Below are positions 28,460 to 37,992 of a stretch of DNA of 64,000 nt, in pieces. A model generated the notes under the pieces. The model was not told the origin of the DNA and made no database searches. It was given only the letters and a program-made list of their open reading frames with translations. The DNA comes from Bacteroidota bacterium (GTDB taxonomy: Bacteria; Bacteroidota; Bacteroidia; NS11-12g; UBA955), in the NCBI GenBank assembly GCA_016868785.1, contig VGFS01000003.1, positions 9,716 through 73,715 of the forward strand, read 5' to 3'. Each line of letters starts with the position of its first letter. The stretch's first letter is position 1. The position numbers were made by a program, and so were the translations under genes.

Positions 28460-29806
28460 TTAGTGTTTTATAAACGGCAAATTAACGCGGTCTTTGTCGC
28501 TGTTGATTTGCAACCAGTAGCTACCTTGTGCCAAACCAGTAACATCCAAATTTACTGAGGTTTCTGCACTGAAATCGATGGTTTTCTGTGAAACGATTCG
28601 ACCATCGGCGGCCACGATGTTTACCGTAGACAAGGCCTTAAAATCGGGGGCCCAAATCATCAAGTTGTTTTGAACCGGATTGGGGAACAATTTCACTTCA
28701 ATTTGTTTGGTTTCGGTGCGGGCTGATGCAGTTGGTGTCAATAGCAATTTGCGGAATTGGCTTTCGCCGCGCGATGAACCGGTGAAGCCGGTGAACGATA
28801 GCATGTAGTATGCTGTATCGGCTCTGCCGGTGATGTTACGTACACTTTCTATCACGTAGTTCCAGTTGGTTTGGATTGTCCACCTGCCTGTAGCATTGTT
28901 GAACGCTTTCCAATCACCCCCAATGCGGGTCAAGTCTTTGTTCAATTCTGAGGGTGTTCCTGGGATTTTTATTCCTGCGATTGCCTGCGATGGACTCGAT
29001 GCGATCATGTCCCAATTGTAGTCGGTTACTTTGGCCACGCGAGTTCCACGCTTGCTTTCAACACCCATGGTGGGGTACATGACCGCCGTTCCGCCGCCGG
29101 GAGGGGTTGTTAATGCGTAGTAACGGGTGAACAACAAATCCCACTCTTCGCGGTTGGGCTCTGGATAAACATCGCCTACACCGAATGAGTAGTATTTATA
29201 ACTTTTACCCGCAGCACTGCTTTGCAACAGCGTATCGGTTTTATCAAAGGTACCATCGACCATGGCGGTGCGGAAGATGAAATCGCCGCTGGGATTTTGT
29301 TTGATGGGCAAAAATTTGATGAATGATTTGCCGGTGCCAACGCCGGGGTGGGTAATGACAAATAGGTAGAGAGAATCGCCGGTAACTTCTTTGGTGGTAG
29401 GGTCATAAACACCCCAGCTGAAATCCCACATGTTGGCAGCGTTGGGAGACTGGTTCAAGGCCCCTTTTTCGTGTACGTGAATGTCGTTGTAGTATTTCGT
29501 CCAACTAGCCCATCCCGTGGTATCGAACTGTGAAAATTGGGTCTTATCGCCCTTGGGATAAGCAAACACCTCTACACCGCCCATGTGGTTCACGCGAATA
29601 CAATTGTCTCGAGAAACGGTGGTGTGCGAAAAATGCCACCGCTCCATCGGAACCGCAGATTCTGCACCCGTACGAATGTTGTAATAAACCGCTTTGCCAT
29701 ATCCAGCGCCCATTGCTACAGAGTCGGAAACTACCGTTTGCGCCTTCAAAGCCCCACTGCACAGTGTTGCAATCACTGTGCCCAGAATGATGTGTGATTT
29801 TTTCAT
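28460..29806 (-). CDS. HmuY-like domain protein with a T9SS C-terminal sorting domain
   Basis: Signal peptide, WDLLFTRY motif shared with the 25329 paralogue, and a C-terminal VKLFPNPVQNNLMIWA...GSYWLQINSDKDRVNLPFIKH that fits the T9SS CTD. Confidence 0.7.
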   Translation of the reverse strand: MKKSHIILGTVIATLCSGALKAQTVVSDSVAMGAGYGKAVYYNIRTGAESAVPMERWHFSHTTVSRDNCIRVNHMGGVEVFAYPKGDKTQFSQFDTTGWASWTKYYNDIHVHEKGALNQSPNAANMWDFSWGVYDPTTKEVTGDSLYLFVITHPGVGTGKSFIKFLPIKQNPSGDFIFRTAMVDGTFDKTDTLLQSSAAGKSYKYYSFGVGDVYPEPNREEWDLLFTRYYALTTPPGGGTAVMYPTMGVESKRGTRVAKVTDYNWDMIASSPSQAIAGIKIPGTPSELNKDLTRIGGDWKAFNNATGRWTIQTNWNYVIESVRNITGRADTAYYMLSFTGFTGSSRGESQFRKLLLTPTASARTETKQIEVKLFPNPVQNNLMIWAPDFKALSTVNIVAADGRIVSQKTIDFSAETSVNLDVTGLAQGSYWLQINSDKDRVNLPFIKH

Positions 29807-29821
29807 GATTTTTTAGTGAGG

Positions 29822-29829
29822 CAAAATTA
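29822..29829 (-). promoter_or_regulatory. -7 box TAATTTTG (extended GGCGGTAATTTTG), 15 nt upstream of ATG 29806
   Basis: Exact TAnnTTTG match on the minus strand. Confidence 0.5.
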
Positions 29830-29930
29830 CCGCCACCCAGAAAAAAGGGGTTGTTTGTATTGTAAGGATTTGGTCATAATAATGTCAGGAAGTGATGAAA
29901 TTCCCTTTCCCAAATCATTGTTTTACGCCC

Positions 29931-29938
29931 TAACTTTG
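29931..29938 (+). promoter_or_regulatory. -7 box TAACTTTG, 21 nt upstream of ATG 29960
   Basis: Exact TAnnTTTG match in intergenic DNA. Confidence 0.5.
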
Positions 29939-29959
29939 TAGCGAGTAACAGCGTGTTAG

Positions 29960-31831
29960 ATGGCCAAGATTAAAATAGATTTATCGGGGAAAGTGGCAAA
30001 GCCGCAAGTGGTGGTAGGCATTGATTTGGGTACAACCAACAGTTTGGTGGCTTGGGTGAATCCGGTAAGCAAACAAGCTGAGGTAATCAGTGATGAGCTT
30101 GGCGCATTGGTGCCTTCGGTGATTGGGTTGTTGCCCGGTGGGGAGGCTCGTGTGGGCGTTTTGGCCAAAGGCGGATTGATTACCGAGCCTGAACGCACCA
30201 TTTTCAGTGTGAAGCGATTGCTGGGACGCAGTTACAAAGACATTGTTAATTATCAGGCTTATTTGGGTTATCGGATCATCGACGAGGACAATGATTCCAT
30301 GGTGAAAATTGAGGTAGATGGCAAATACTACAACCCCATCGAACTCAGTGCCATTATATTGAAGGCCGTGAAAGTGAAGGCGGAAAATGCGTTGAACGCC
30401 GAGGTGAATCAGGCAGTGGTGACGGTGCCGGCCTATTTCAATGATGCACAGCGACAAGCTACGCGCGATGCCGGAAAGTTGGCAGGTTTGGAAATATTAC
30501 GCATTGTAAATGAGCCAACAGCAGCCAGTTTGAGCTACGGGTTGGGATTGGATCGCGATGAGGTGCATACTGTGTTGGTGTACGATTTGGGTGGTGGTAC
30601 TTTTGATGTATCGGTATTACAAATAGAAGACGGGGTATTTGATGTGCTGGCGACCAAAGGCGACACTGCACTGGGAGGGGATGATATTGACCGATCGGTG
30701 ATGAGGCACTGGCAACAGTTGCATCCTGCGCTACAGGGGGTGACGGCTGCGGGCGATATTCAGCGTTTGCGGTTGGTGGCTGAGGAGGCAAAAATTGCGT
30801 TGAGCAAGGACCCTCAACAAATCTTTGTTTGTGAATTTACCCTGCTCGATGGCTCTGCTGTTTCGCTTACCTTAGACTATACGGGTTTGGAGGCGGCCGC
30901 AAAGGAAGTCCTTCAAAAAACCCAAGATTGCATTGCGGCCGCCCTGCGCGATGCCTCCTTGAAACCCGAAAACATCGACGCTGTAGTGATGGTGGGCGGC
31001 TCCACGCGCTACCCCCAGATTAAAACCCTCTTGGAATCTCAGTTCCCTCACGTTTCCGTCAATGATACCCTCAACCCCGATGAAGTTGTAGCGCTCGGAG
31101 CCGCCATCGAAGCCGATGTGTTGGCCGGAAATCGCAAAGATATTTTGCTGCTGGATGTTACCCCCCTGAGTCTCGGCATTGAAACCGCCGGTGGCCTCAT
31201 GGATGTGCTCATCCCCCGAAACAACAAAATTCCCTGCAAAGTGGGTAGGGAATACACGACCTCAATCGACGGACAAGTAAACCTCAAAATCAGCGTTTAT
31301 CAAGGCGAAAGAGAACTCGTAGCCCAGAACCGCAAATTGGGTGAGTTTATCCTTAAAGGCATCCCAGCCATGCCCGCAGGATTCCCAAAAATTGAAGTGG
31401 CCTTTGCCCTCGATGCAGATGGCTTGCTCAAAGTTTCCGCCAAAGAATTGCGCAGCGGTGTGGCACAACAAATCGATATTAAACCCCAATACGGCCTCAC
31501 TGATGATCAAGTAGAAGCCATGTTGCTTGCCGGATTTCAACATGCACAAGAAGATGTGGCTGCCCGATTGCACCAAGAGGCCATCAACGAAGGACAGCAA
31601 TTGGTGTATTTGGCCGAACGGTTTATCGAAAAGAATGCCAACCTGCTCAATGAAAATGAAATGGAAGGCACCAAACAACGGATTTTTACATTGTCGTGTC
31701 TATTGGCAGAGCGTGGCGACAAAGACAGCATCCTCGCGGCGGTGACGGAATTGAACGATTATACCCGTCCTTTTGCCGAGCGATTGATGGATGTGGCTGT
31801 TTCTGCGGCACTGAAAGGCAAAGAAATTTAA
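29960..31831 (+). CDS. hscA: Hsp70-family chaperone of the HscA type
   Basis: [12 protein letters not shown] (HscA-like rather than the DnaK-like NSCVA), [10 protein letters not shown] and VGGSTRYP motifs. Confidence 0.8.
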   Translation: MAKIKIDLSGKVAKPQVVVGIDLGTTNSLVAWVNPVSKQAEVISDELGALVPSVIGLLPGGEARVGVLAKGGLITEPERTIFSVKRLLGRSYKDIVNYQAYLGYRIIDEDNDSMVKIEVDGKYYNPIELSAIILKAVKVKAENALNAEVNQAVVTVPAYFNDAQRQATRDAGKLAGLEILRIVNEPTAASLSYGLGLDRDEVHTVLVYDLGGGTFDVSVLQIEDGVFDVLATKGDTALGGDDIDRSVMRHWQQLHPALQGVTAAGDIQRLRLVAEEAKIALSKDPQQIFVCEFTLLDGSAVSLTLDYTGLEAAAKEVLQKTQDCIAAALRDASLKPENIDAVVMVGGSTRYPQIKTLLESQFPHVSVNDTLNPDEVVALGAAIEADVLAGNRKDILLLDVTPLSLGIETAGGLMDVLIPRNNKIPCKVGREYTTSIDGQVNLKISVYQGERELVAQNRKLGEFILKGIPAMPAGFPKIEVAFALDADGLLKVSAKELRSGVAQQIDIKPQYGLTDDQVEAMLLAGFQHAQEDVAARLHQEAINEGQQLVYLAERFIEKNANLLNENEMEGTKQRIFTLSCLLAERGDKDSILAAVTELNDYTRPFAERLMDVAVSAALKGKEI

Positions 31832-31837
31832 CCCTGT

Positions 31838-32620
31838 ATGCGAATAAACCGAATTCTATCCCTCGTCACTTTGTTTCTTGGTGCTGCTCACCTGCAAGCA
31901 CAAGCCGTATCTGATTTGGATTACGAAGGTCGACAGAATTACGGGTTAAAAATGGGTTTGGGCATTAATTCCATGTACGGCGGGAAATTGCAGAATCCCC
32001 GTCCTACCGTTGGATTTATGGCCGGCCTGTATATTCATACTAATCCCGAGAAAAAACCATCACCTTGGGGCTTTCAATCGGGCTTGGATCTGAGAATGCG
32101 CGGCAGCAATTTTGCCAACGCCAAAGCCACCGATACAGCCATCAATTCTGCTTACACCAAAATAAGCTTGATGAGTTTGGATTTGCCCCTGTTGGTAAAC
32201 TATCGCTTGTCGAAGCAGCGCGACAAACAAATTAAGCAACTTCAAGCTGGGGTTCAACTTGCCTATAATTTCAACTCGGTGTTATACGTGGGTCCGCAGA
32301 AACGTCCTCTGGCAACTGCAACTGAAACCTACAATTCCATCAAAGAATGGGATCGATTGCCCTTGAAAATGTGCGATTTGCAAGCCGTGGTGGGTTACCA
32401 GTACCGGGGTGAATCGATGGGGTATTCAATGTCGATGAAGATGGGTTTGCTCAACCTCAATAATAATTTTTTACTAAGAGGTTTGGTGGATACCGACAAC
32501 GACGGTGTAGGGGATCAAGAAGTTGAATTGATTTCGCCGACCACTGATCCGCTGAAAGAAAAGCCCGGTACCCCGCAAATGATTGGTACATGGAGTCTCG
32601 AGTTTGCCCTGGTTTTTTAA
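31838..32620 (+). CDS. Small outer-membrane beta-barrel protein (PorT/OMP_b-brl_2-like) with a DxDxDG calcium-type loop
   Basis: Signal peptide MRINRILSLVTLFLGAAHLQAQ, alternating strands, and a terminal WSLEFALVF. It has a VDTDNDGVGD insert. Confidence 0.75.
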   Translation: MRINRILSLVTLFLGAAHLQAQAVSDLDYEGRQNYGLKMGLGINSMYGGKLQNPRPTVGFMAGLYIHTNPEKKPSPWGFQSGLDLRMRGSNFANAKATDTAINSAYTKISLMSLDLPLLVNYRLSKQRDKQIKQLQAGVQLAYNFNSVLYVGPQKRPLATATETYNSIKEWDRLPLKMCDLQAVVGYQYRGESMGYSMSMKMGLLNLNNNFLLRGLVDTDNDGVGDQEVELISPTTDPLKEKPGTPQMIGTWSLEFALVF

Positions 32621-32636
32621 GCCAGCAAGGATTTTG

Positions 32637-32644
32637 TACCTTTG
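32637..32644 (+). promoter_or_regulatory. -7 box TACCTTTG, 15 nt upstream of ATG 32660
   Basis: Exact TAnnTTTG match in intergenic DNA. Confidence 0.5.
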
Positions 32645-32659
32645 TAGTTCCGTATTCCT

Positions 32660-33967
32660 ATGTCAACCGTGGCCTTTTATACCCTTGGATGCAAACTTAA
32701 TTTTGCAGAGAGTAGTGCCATCGGACAGCAATTGACCAAAGCGGGATTCGAGAAACGGGAATTTCAAGAGGGCGCTGATTTATATGTGATCAACACTTGC
32801 AGCGTTACCGATCATGCCGATCGCAAATGCAAAAAGGTGGTGCGGGAAGCGCTCAAGCAAAATCCAGAAGCCTATGTTGTGGTCATTGGCTGTTACGCCC
32901 AACTCAAGCCCCAAGAAATTGCCCAAATTCCGGGTGTTGATATGGTGCTTGGTGCGGCCGAAAAGTTTCAATTGATCGATCACCTTCACACTTTGGTGAA
33001 GGAACCCAAAGCGCTGGTTCACAATGCGCCCATCAAAGAAGTCAACACCTTTGTGCCCGGCTACAGTGTGGGCGATCGCACGCGGATCTTTTTGAAGGTA
33101 CAAGACGGTTGCGACTATTTTTGTAGTTTTTGTACCATTCCATTGGCCAGGGGCAAAAGCCGGAGTGCCAATGTGGTTGATACCCTGAAATTGGTGGAAG
33201 AAGCCGCGCAGCAGGGGGCCAAAGAGATCGTATTAACCGGGGTGAATCTGGGCGATTTTGGCGTGGAGCACGACCAGAATTTCTTCGATTTGGTTAAGGC
33301 CATTGATGCGGTTGAAGGCGTAGATCGCTATCGCATCAGCAGCATAGAACCCAATCTCCTCACCGATGAAATCATAGAATTTGTGTCGCACAGCCAACGT
33401 TTTGTGCCGCATTTTCACATACCATTGCAGAGTGGGAGCGATGAAATTTTGACCCGCATGCGTCGCAAATACCTCAGCGATTTGTACCGCTCGCGCATCG
33501 AGAAAATTAAATCACTGATGCCGCATTGTGGTATCGGTGTGGATGTGATCGTGGGCTTTCCGGGTGAAACGGAAGAGCATTTCCTCGAAACCTATCGCTT
33601 TTTGAACGAATTGGACATTTCCTACCTGCACGTGTTTCCCTATTCTGAGCGTGCCAATACCACCGCAAAGAAAATGAAGGAGGTGGTGCCCGTGAAAGTG
33701 AGAATGGAACGCGGAGAAATGTTGCGCGGCCTCAGCGAAAAGAAGCGTATGGCCTTTTATAGGGCGCATTTGGGTACCCGCAGACCCGTTTTGTTTGAAG
33801 AGGAAGAACGCCGTGGGGTGATGTTTGGATTCACCGATAACTACATCAAAGTGGCTACGGATTATGATCCGCTGTTGGTGAATACCGTGGTGGATGTGCA
33901 ATTGGCCTCCCTGAATCCCGAAGGATGGGTACAAGCCGAATTTGATTACGCGGCGGTTGGTCATTAA
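32660..33967 (+). CDS. mtaB: tRNA (t6A37) methylthiotransferase MtaB (radical SAM)
   Basis: UPF0004 N-domain (FYTLGCKLNFAES), radical-SAM CDYFCSFC, and a TRAM-like C-terminus. Confidence 0.9.
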   Translation: MSTVAFYTLGCKLNFAESSAIGQQLTKAGFEKREFQEGADLYVINTCSVTDHADRKCKKVVREALKQNPEAYVVVIGCYAQLKPQEIAQIPGVDMVLGAAEKFQLIDHLHTLVKEPKALVHNAPIKEVNTFVPGYSVGDRTRIFLKVQDGCDYFCSFCTIPLARGKSRSANVVDTLKLVEEAAQQGAKEIVLTGVNLGDFGVEHDQNFFDLVKAIDAVEGVDRYRISSIEPNLLTDEIIEFVSHSQRFVPHFHIPLQSGSDEILTRMRRKYLSDLYRSRIEKIKSLMPHCGIGVDVIVGFPGETEEHFLETYRFLNELDISYLHVFPYSERANTTAKKMKEVVPVKVRMERGEMLRGLSEKKRMAFYRAHLGTRRPVLFEEEERRGVMFGFTDNYIKVATDYDPLLVNTVVDVQLASLNPEGWVQAEFDYAAVGH

Positions 33968-33976
33968 CTTGCACCT

Positions 33977-35170
33977 GTGTTTCCAACCCTCTATCATTTC
34001 TTGTTTGATCTCACAGGGATTTCCTTGCCCTTTTTGAAAGTCGTTAATACGTTCGGTTTTTTCGTTGCCCTCAGCATTGGCGCGGCTTATTGGGCGATGT
34101 CTACTGAGTTTGCGCGTAAAACGCTGTTGGGAGATTTTGCCAAGGTCAAAGTGAAACAGGTGACCGGCGTAGGGGTGGATCGCAGCGAATATTTAATCAA
34201 TGGATTGATGTCGTTCGTTTTCGGATACAAAATTCTCTACCTGATGGTGGAAACGGGCGATGGGTTTTCTCCCCAAGACCATGTGTTTTCCACCGAGGGA
34301 AGTTGGTTGTTTGGTATCGGTGCGATGTCGTTTTCACTCTGGAGGACTTGGGTTGCCGATAAAAAACAACGCAGAGAAACCCCTTCCGAAACCATCGTGG
34401 AGATGGATGCCTCTGTGCGGATGTCGAACATCACCACCATTGCTCTGCTCAGTGGTTTTTTGGGGGCGAAAGTATTCCACTTGTTGGAAACGCCCAGCGA
34501 AATTCATTGGGAAACCCTGTTGGTGGATTTGTTGACCAGTGGTGGGTGGACGTTCTACGGCGGGCTCATTTGTGGTGCTGCCGGGGTGATTTGGTATGCC
34601 CAAAAGCATGGAATGCATTGGCGTCATGTGTTTGATGCGGGCGGTCCTGCGATGATGTTGAGTTATGGATTGGGGCGTTTCGGTTGTCATTTCTCCGGAG
34701 ATGGTGATTGGGGCATCGCGAATGTGAAACCTAATCCCGGACTGCCCGACTGGGCCTGGGCTTATAAATATCCCCACAATGTGTTAGGCAAAGATTACGC
34801 TTCCGCGGGCATGGAAATGATCCCGGGCTGTTCGGGTGAATATTGCTATCAGTTGTCGGTGCCGGTTTATCCCACTCCCTTGTATGAAGCCTTGATGGCA
34901 TTGGGTTTGTTTGCTTTGTTGTGGTTTGTTTTGCGCAAATGGTCTTTGGCGCCTTTTCAGCTGTTTTCGGCCTACATGATGATGGCGGGCTTAGAGCGGA
35001 TGCTCATCGAATCGATCCGTGAACACGGAGAGAGTTTGTATGACGTGGCGGGTTTTTCGTTCAGTCAAGCCCAAATGATTTCTTTGGCACTGATGTTGTT
35101 TGGGGTGTTGGGCTGGATATGGTCGGGCAGAAACCCCATAAAACCCCAGTTCGAATCAAGCGCTGATTAG
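33977..35170 (+). CDS. lgt: Prolipoprotein diacylglyceryl transferase Lgt
   Basis: GGLICGAAG...LGRFGCHFSGDGDWG signature. GTG start. Confidence 0.85.
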   Translation: MFPTLYHFLFDLTGISLPFLKVVNTFGFFVALSIGAAYWAMSTEFARKTLLGDFAKVKVKQVTGVGVDRSEYLINGLMSFVFGYKILYLMVETGDGFSPQDHVFSTEGSWLFGIGAMSFSLWRTWVADKKQRRETPSETIVEMDASVRMSNITTIALLSGFLGAKVFHLLETPSEIHWETLLVDLLTSGGWTFYGGLICGAAGVIWYAQKHGMHWRHVFDAGGPAMMLSYGLGRFGCHFSGDGDWGIANVKPNPGLPDWAWAYKYPHNVLGKDYASAGMEMIPGCSGEYCYQLSVPVYPTPLYEALMALGLFALLWFVLRKWSLAPFQLFSAYMMMAGLERMLIESIREHGESLYDVAGFSFSQAQMISLALMLFGVLGWIWSGRNPIKPQFESSAD

Positions 35171-35182
35171 ACGTATCAAGAC

Positions 35183-35749
35183 ATGAAAAGTTTAAAAGGG
35201 AGTCTCGTTTTATTTCTTTTTTTCAGTTCGATGGGATTGCGGGCTCAGATTTGGGGCTCGTCTGAACCGGAGAAGGTAGACACCATAGAGACCAGTGATT
35301 TTCGTCGGATGGATCCGGTCTTGATTTCGGGCAGTATGGACGAACAGCGGAAGAAGGAATATCAGATTTTGAAGCGGAGGGTAATAAAGACAATGCCTTA
35401 CGCGAAGATGGCGGCCATGAAAATGCGTGCGATGGAAGATAAGTTGAACACCATTCAGAATCGACGGGAGCGCAAAAAGTACATCAAGCAGTGCGAGGAA
35501 AGCATCAAACAGATGTACATGGAGCAATTGAAGAACATGACCATTGGGGAGGGGCAGGTGCTGATGAAGTTGTTGCACCGCGAAACGGGCAAGACGAGTT
35601 GGGAGATCATGAAAAATTATCGCGGAACCACCGAAGCCTTATTTTGGCAGGCGTTTGGCAGTTTTTACGGACACAATTTGAAGCAGGAATACGATCCGGT
35701 GTTGGATTATCAGATCGACCACATCATCAAGCAGGAGCGTTTGGAGTAA
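35183..35749 (+). CDS. DUF4294 domain protein
   Basis: Signal peptide, then LKRRVIKTMPYAKMAA...GEGQVLMKLLHRETGKTSWEIMKNYRG, which matches my memory of DUF4294. Confidence 0.75.
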   Translation: MKSLKGSLVLFLFFSSMGLRAQIWGSSEPEKVDTIETSDFRRMDPVLISGSMDEQRKKEYQILKRRVIKTMPYAKMAAMKMRAMEDKLNTIQNRRERKKYIKQCEESIKQMYMEQLKNMTIGEGQVLMKLLHRETGKTSWEIMKNYRGTTEALFWQAFGSFYGHNLKQEYDPVLDYQIDHIIKQERLE

Positions 35750-35753
35750 AGGC

Positions 35754-36761
35754 TTATTTGCGGGCTAGCATGAAGATGACCACTGGGGCGCCAATGATAG
35801 ACAGGATGGCGTTGATGGGGAGTATGCTGTTGGCGATCAATTGATTGGCGAGGATATCGGCGGTGAGGGTTAAGGCAGCTCCAGCAAAAGCTGTGGTAAG
35901 GATGTTGGGGCCATGGGATTCGGTAGCATTGATTTTGCGGGAGATATGCGGTGCGATGAGGCCAACGAAGGAGACAGGTCCACAATAGGCAGTGACGATG
36001 GCGGCCATGCTTGCGCTGCCGATGATGAGCCACAAGCGTAGGTTTTTGATTGATTTTCCGGCACTTTCTACGTGAATATCCCCGAGTAAGTAGGCATTGA
36101 ATGCATGTCGGTTTAGGAGCAGGATGCCCAATCCAATGCTGGCAGAAACCGCCAAGATGGGGAGTTGGGAGGGGAGGACGCGGTCGAATCCGCCCATGCC
36201 CCACATCACAAATTGTTTTACTTGTTGTGCTTGGGCGGTTTGGGTGATGATGTCCACGGCGGCGCCGAAGAAGTAACCCAGGACGAGACCTACGAGCAGG
36301 AGTGCGTGCAGTTGGGTGAGTTTTTTGTGCAGTGCGAGTTGGATTGACAGTACCAAGAAGGCGCCCCCGAGCGCAGCGAGGGGTTGCAGGGCGAAGGAGG
36401 TGCAACTATCATCGAGTCCGATTTGGGATCCAAGGTAGGTTACGATGGCTACGCCAAATGTTGCTCCGGGGGTGATGCCGATGAGGAAGGGGCCTGCCAG
36501 GGGATTTCTGAACAGGGTTTGCATCATCAGGCCGCTCCAGGCCAGTGCGATGCCGCCGATGGCGGCTGCCATAACGCGGGGAAAATGGAGGTCCCAGAAG
36601 ATTGCATTGGCACCGGGGAGGTCCCACCGGGGCGAGAATGGTTCAAGATCCACGAATATGACCAAGCCGAAGATTGCCAACAGCAGTAGGGTTAGCCGCG
36701 GCCTGCGGCCGCGGCGATTCACCTTGGAGGCCTGAGAAATACGTGGTTTGTGATCTTGCAT
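35754..36761 (-). CDS. FecCD-family iron/heme/B12 ABC transporter permease
   Basis: Start re-derived at ATG 36761 (MQDHKPRIS...). The ORF-track extension to 37163 runs through the upstream gene in another frame. Polytopic, with the FecCD-like segment RNPLAGPFLIGITPGA. Confidence 0.85.
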   Translation of the reverse strand: MQDHKPRISQASKVNRRGRRPRLTLLLLAIFGLVIFVDLEPFSPRWDLPGANAIFWDLHFPRVMAAAIGGIALAWSGLMMQTLFRNPLAGPFLIGITPGATFGVAIVTYLGSQIGLDDSCTSFALQPLAALGGAFLVLSIQLALHKKLTQLHALLLVGLVLGYFFGAAVDIITQTAQAQQVKQFVMWGMGGFDRVLPSQLPILAVSASIGLGILLLNRHAFNAYLLGDIHVESAGKSIKNLRLWLIIGSASMAAIVTAYCGPVSFVGLIAPHISRKINATESHGPNILTTAFAGAALTLTADILANQLIANSILPINAILSIIGAPVVIFMLARK

Positions 36762-36775
36762 GCGTTTGGGGTTGC

Positions 36776-37906
36776 TCACCGACAAATATCGTAGTAGTTC
36801 AAGGAATCCGATTGCAAGTTGTTCTGGAAAATGTGGAACAAATCGCTCAAAATTCGGTTGGGGTAGATACACCCCATGTCCCAGTAGGCATTGCTGCCAT
36901 TGGTTTGTAATTGTTTGTTGAAATGATAAACCCTGCCCTGGCGAAAGGCCTTTATGTGCGCCACCCGGGGGTCGCTCGACCTCAAACAATTCAGGGAAAT
37001 GCATAGATCGGTGTTTATCCAAATGTCGGCCTGGGCAAACAATCCAACGGCTTTCTCTATGCTGATGACATTGCTGCCACTGCCCGCCTCGGCGCTGATC
37101 GGCTTTCCGCCCGCATCCCGAATTAGCTGTGAAACGAAGGAGGAAAACTGCGGGACAAACCAAATGCCATTGTACACACAGTTGGTGATCACCGTTGGTG
37201 TTTCCGATTTTATTGCCTTGGCCTTTTCAACCAGCGATTCGTAATCGGCACGGATGCGGTTAAATTTTTCTTGGGCTTGGGTGGGTTTGCCGCAGATCCA
37301 TCCCAGGGCAATGAGCCATTCTGACCTACCTAAGGGGTGGTTTTCTAGGTGGTTTTGACACCAATAGACAGAAAATTTGTTCAGACTGAGTCGCTCTATG
37401 GTCTGTTTATCATCGATGCTGCTGAGGGTTCCCAAAACGATCGTGGGACTGCACAAAGCCAATTTTTCGGGGATGATGGGGCCGTCTGGTGCCACTTCTG
37501 CGAGCCGTTTTAGCTCAGGAGTACCCGATAAACTTGGGTGGGCGATGTATTTCTGAGATTCAACACCAACCAAGGTTTTGTGAGCGCTGAGCTCCGCCAA
37601 CATGCTGGATTGTATGGACGATAAACTAACAATTCGGGCCATTGAACCCCGTGGTTGGTAGCCGCTTACATGGCTGGATTTGCCCCAATGAAATTTACCG
37701 ATGACTTTCTCTCCGTTTTCATCGGCGAACAATTCCAAAAAACTGTCAGAAGCAGTATAGCCCAAGCGAAAAAACTGCGCGTAAGCGTTCTTTATCCACA
37801 CGATTTGGTTTTTGCCGGCAGCACGCTGCTTTTCACCACAGCCCCCCAACCCAAATGAGGCCGCCAAAATGGCCGTGAATACCAACAGTAGAAAGGGGTT
37901 TTTCAT
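36776..37906 (-). CDS. ABC transporter periplasmic substrate-binding lipoprotein (BtuF/HmuT-like cluster)
   Basis: Lipoprotein signal MKNPFLLLVFTAILAASFGLGGC, followed by RIVSLSSIQSSMLAEL, typical of Peripla_BP_2 proteins. Confidence 0.8.
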   Translation of the reverse strand: MKNPFLLLVFTAILAASFGLGGCGEKQRAAGKNQIVWIKNAYAQFFRLGYTASDSFLELFADENGEKVIGKFHWGKSSHVSGYQPRGSMARIVSLSSIQSSMLAELSAHKTLVGVESQKYIAHPSLSGTPELKRLAEVAPDGPIIPEKLALCSPTIVLGTLSSIDDKQTIERLSLNKFSVYWCQNHLENHPLGRSEWLIALGWICGKPTQAQEKFNRIRADYESLVEKAKAIKSETPTVITNCVYNGIWFVPQFSSFVSQLIRDAGGKPISAEAGSGSNVISIEKAVGLFAQADIWINTDLCISLNCLRSSDPRVAHIKAFRQGRVYHFNKQLQTNGSNAYWDMGCIYPNRILSDLFHIFQNNLQSDSLNYYDICR

Positions 37907-37992
37907 GCAGACCTCGAAAATAGTACAAATTATCGCACAGCCCCGAAAAGTGGGGTTGGATAATCTGAAAAATTGAGCAAATTTGTTGTGTT

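Noticed and set aside
35710-37163. Two long minus-strand ORFs: a 469-aa ORF (35754-37163) and a 231-aa ORF (35710-36405).
   Set aside because: The N-terminal 134 residues of the 469-aa ORF overlap the 3' part of the substrate-binding protein gene in another frame and look non-protein-like. The real permease starts at ATG 36761, 14 nt after that gene's stop. The 231-aa ORF is an out-of-frame Arg/His/Pro-rich artefact.
37907-37992. Cobalamin or other riboswitch in front of the BtuF-like importer or the TonB-receptor operon (29807-29829).
   Set aside because: The predicted leaders are far too short. The -7 box is 15 nt from the ATG at 29806, and the spacer at 37907 is only 86 nt. Neither can hold a ~200-nt B12 aptamer, and I saw no conserved B12-box-like sequence.
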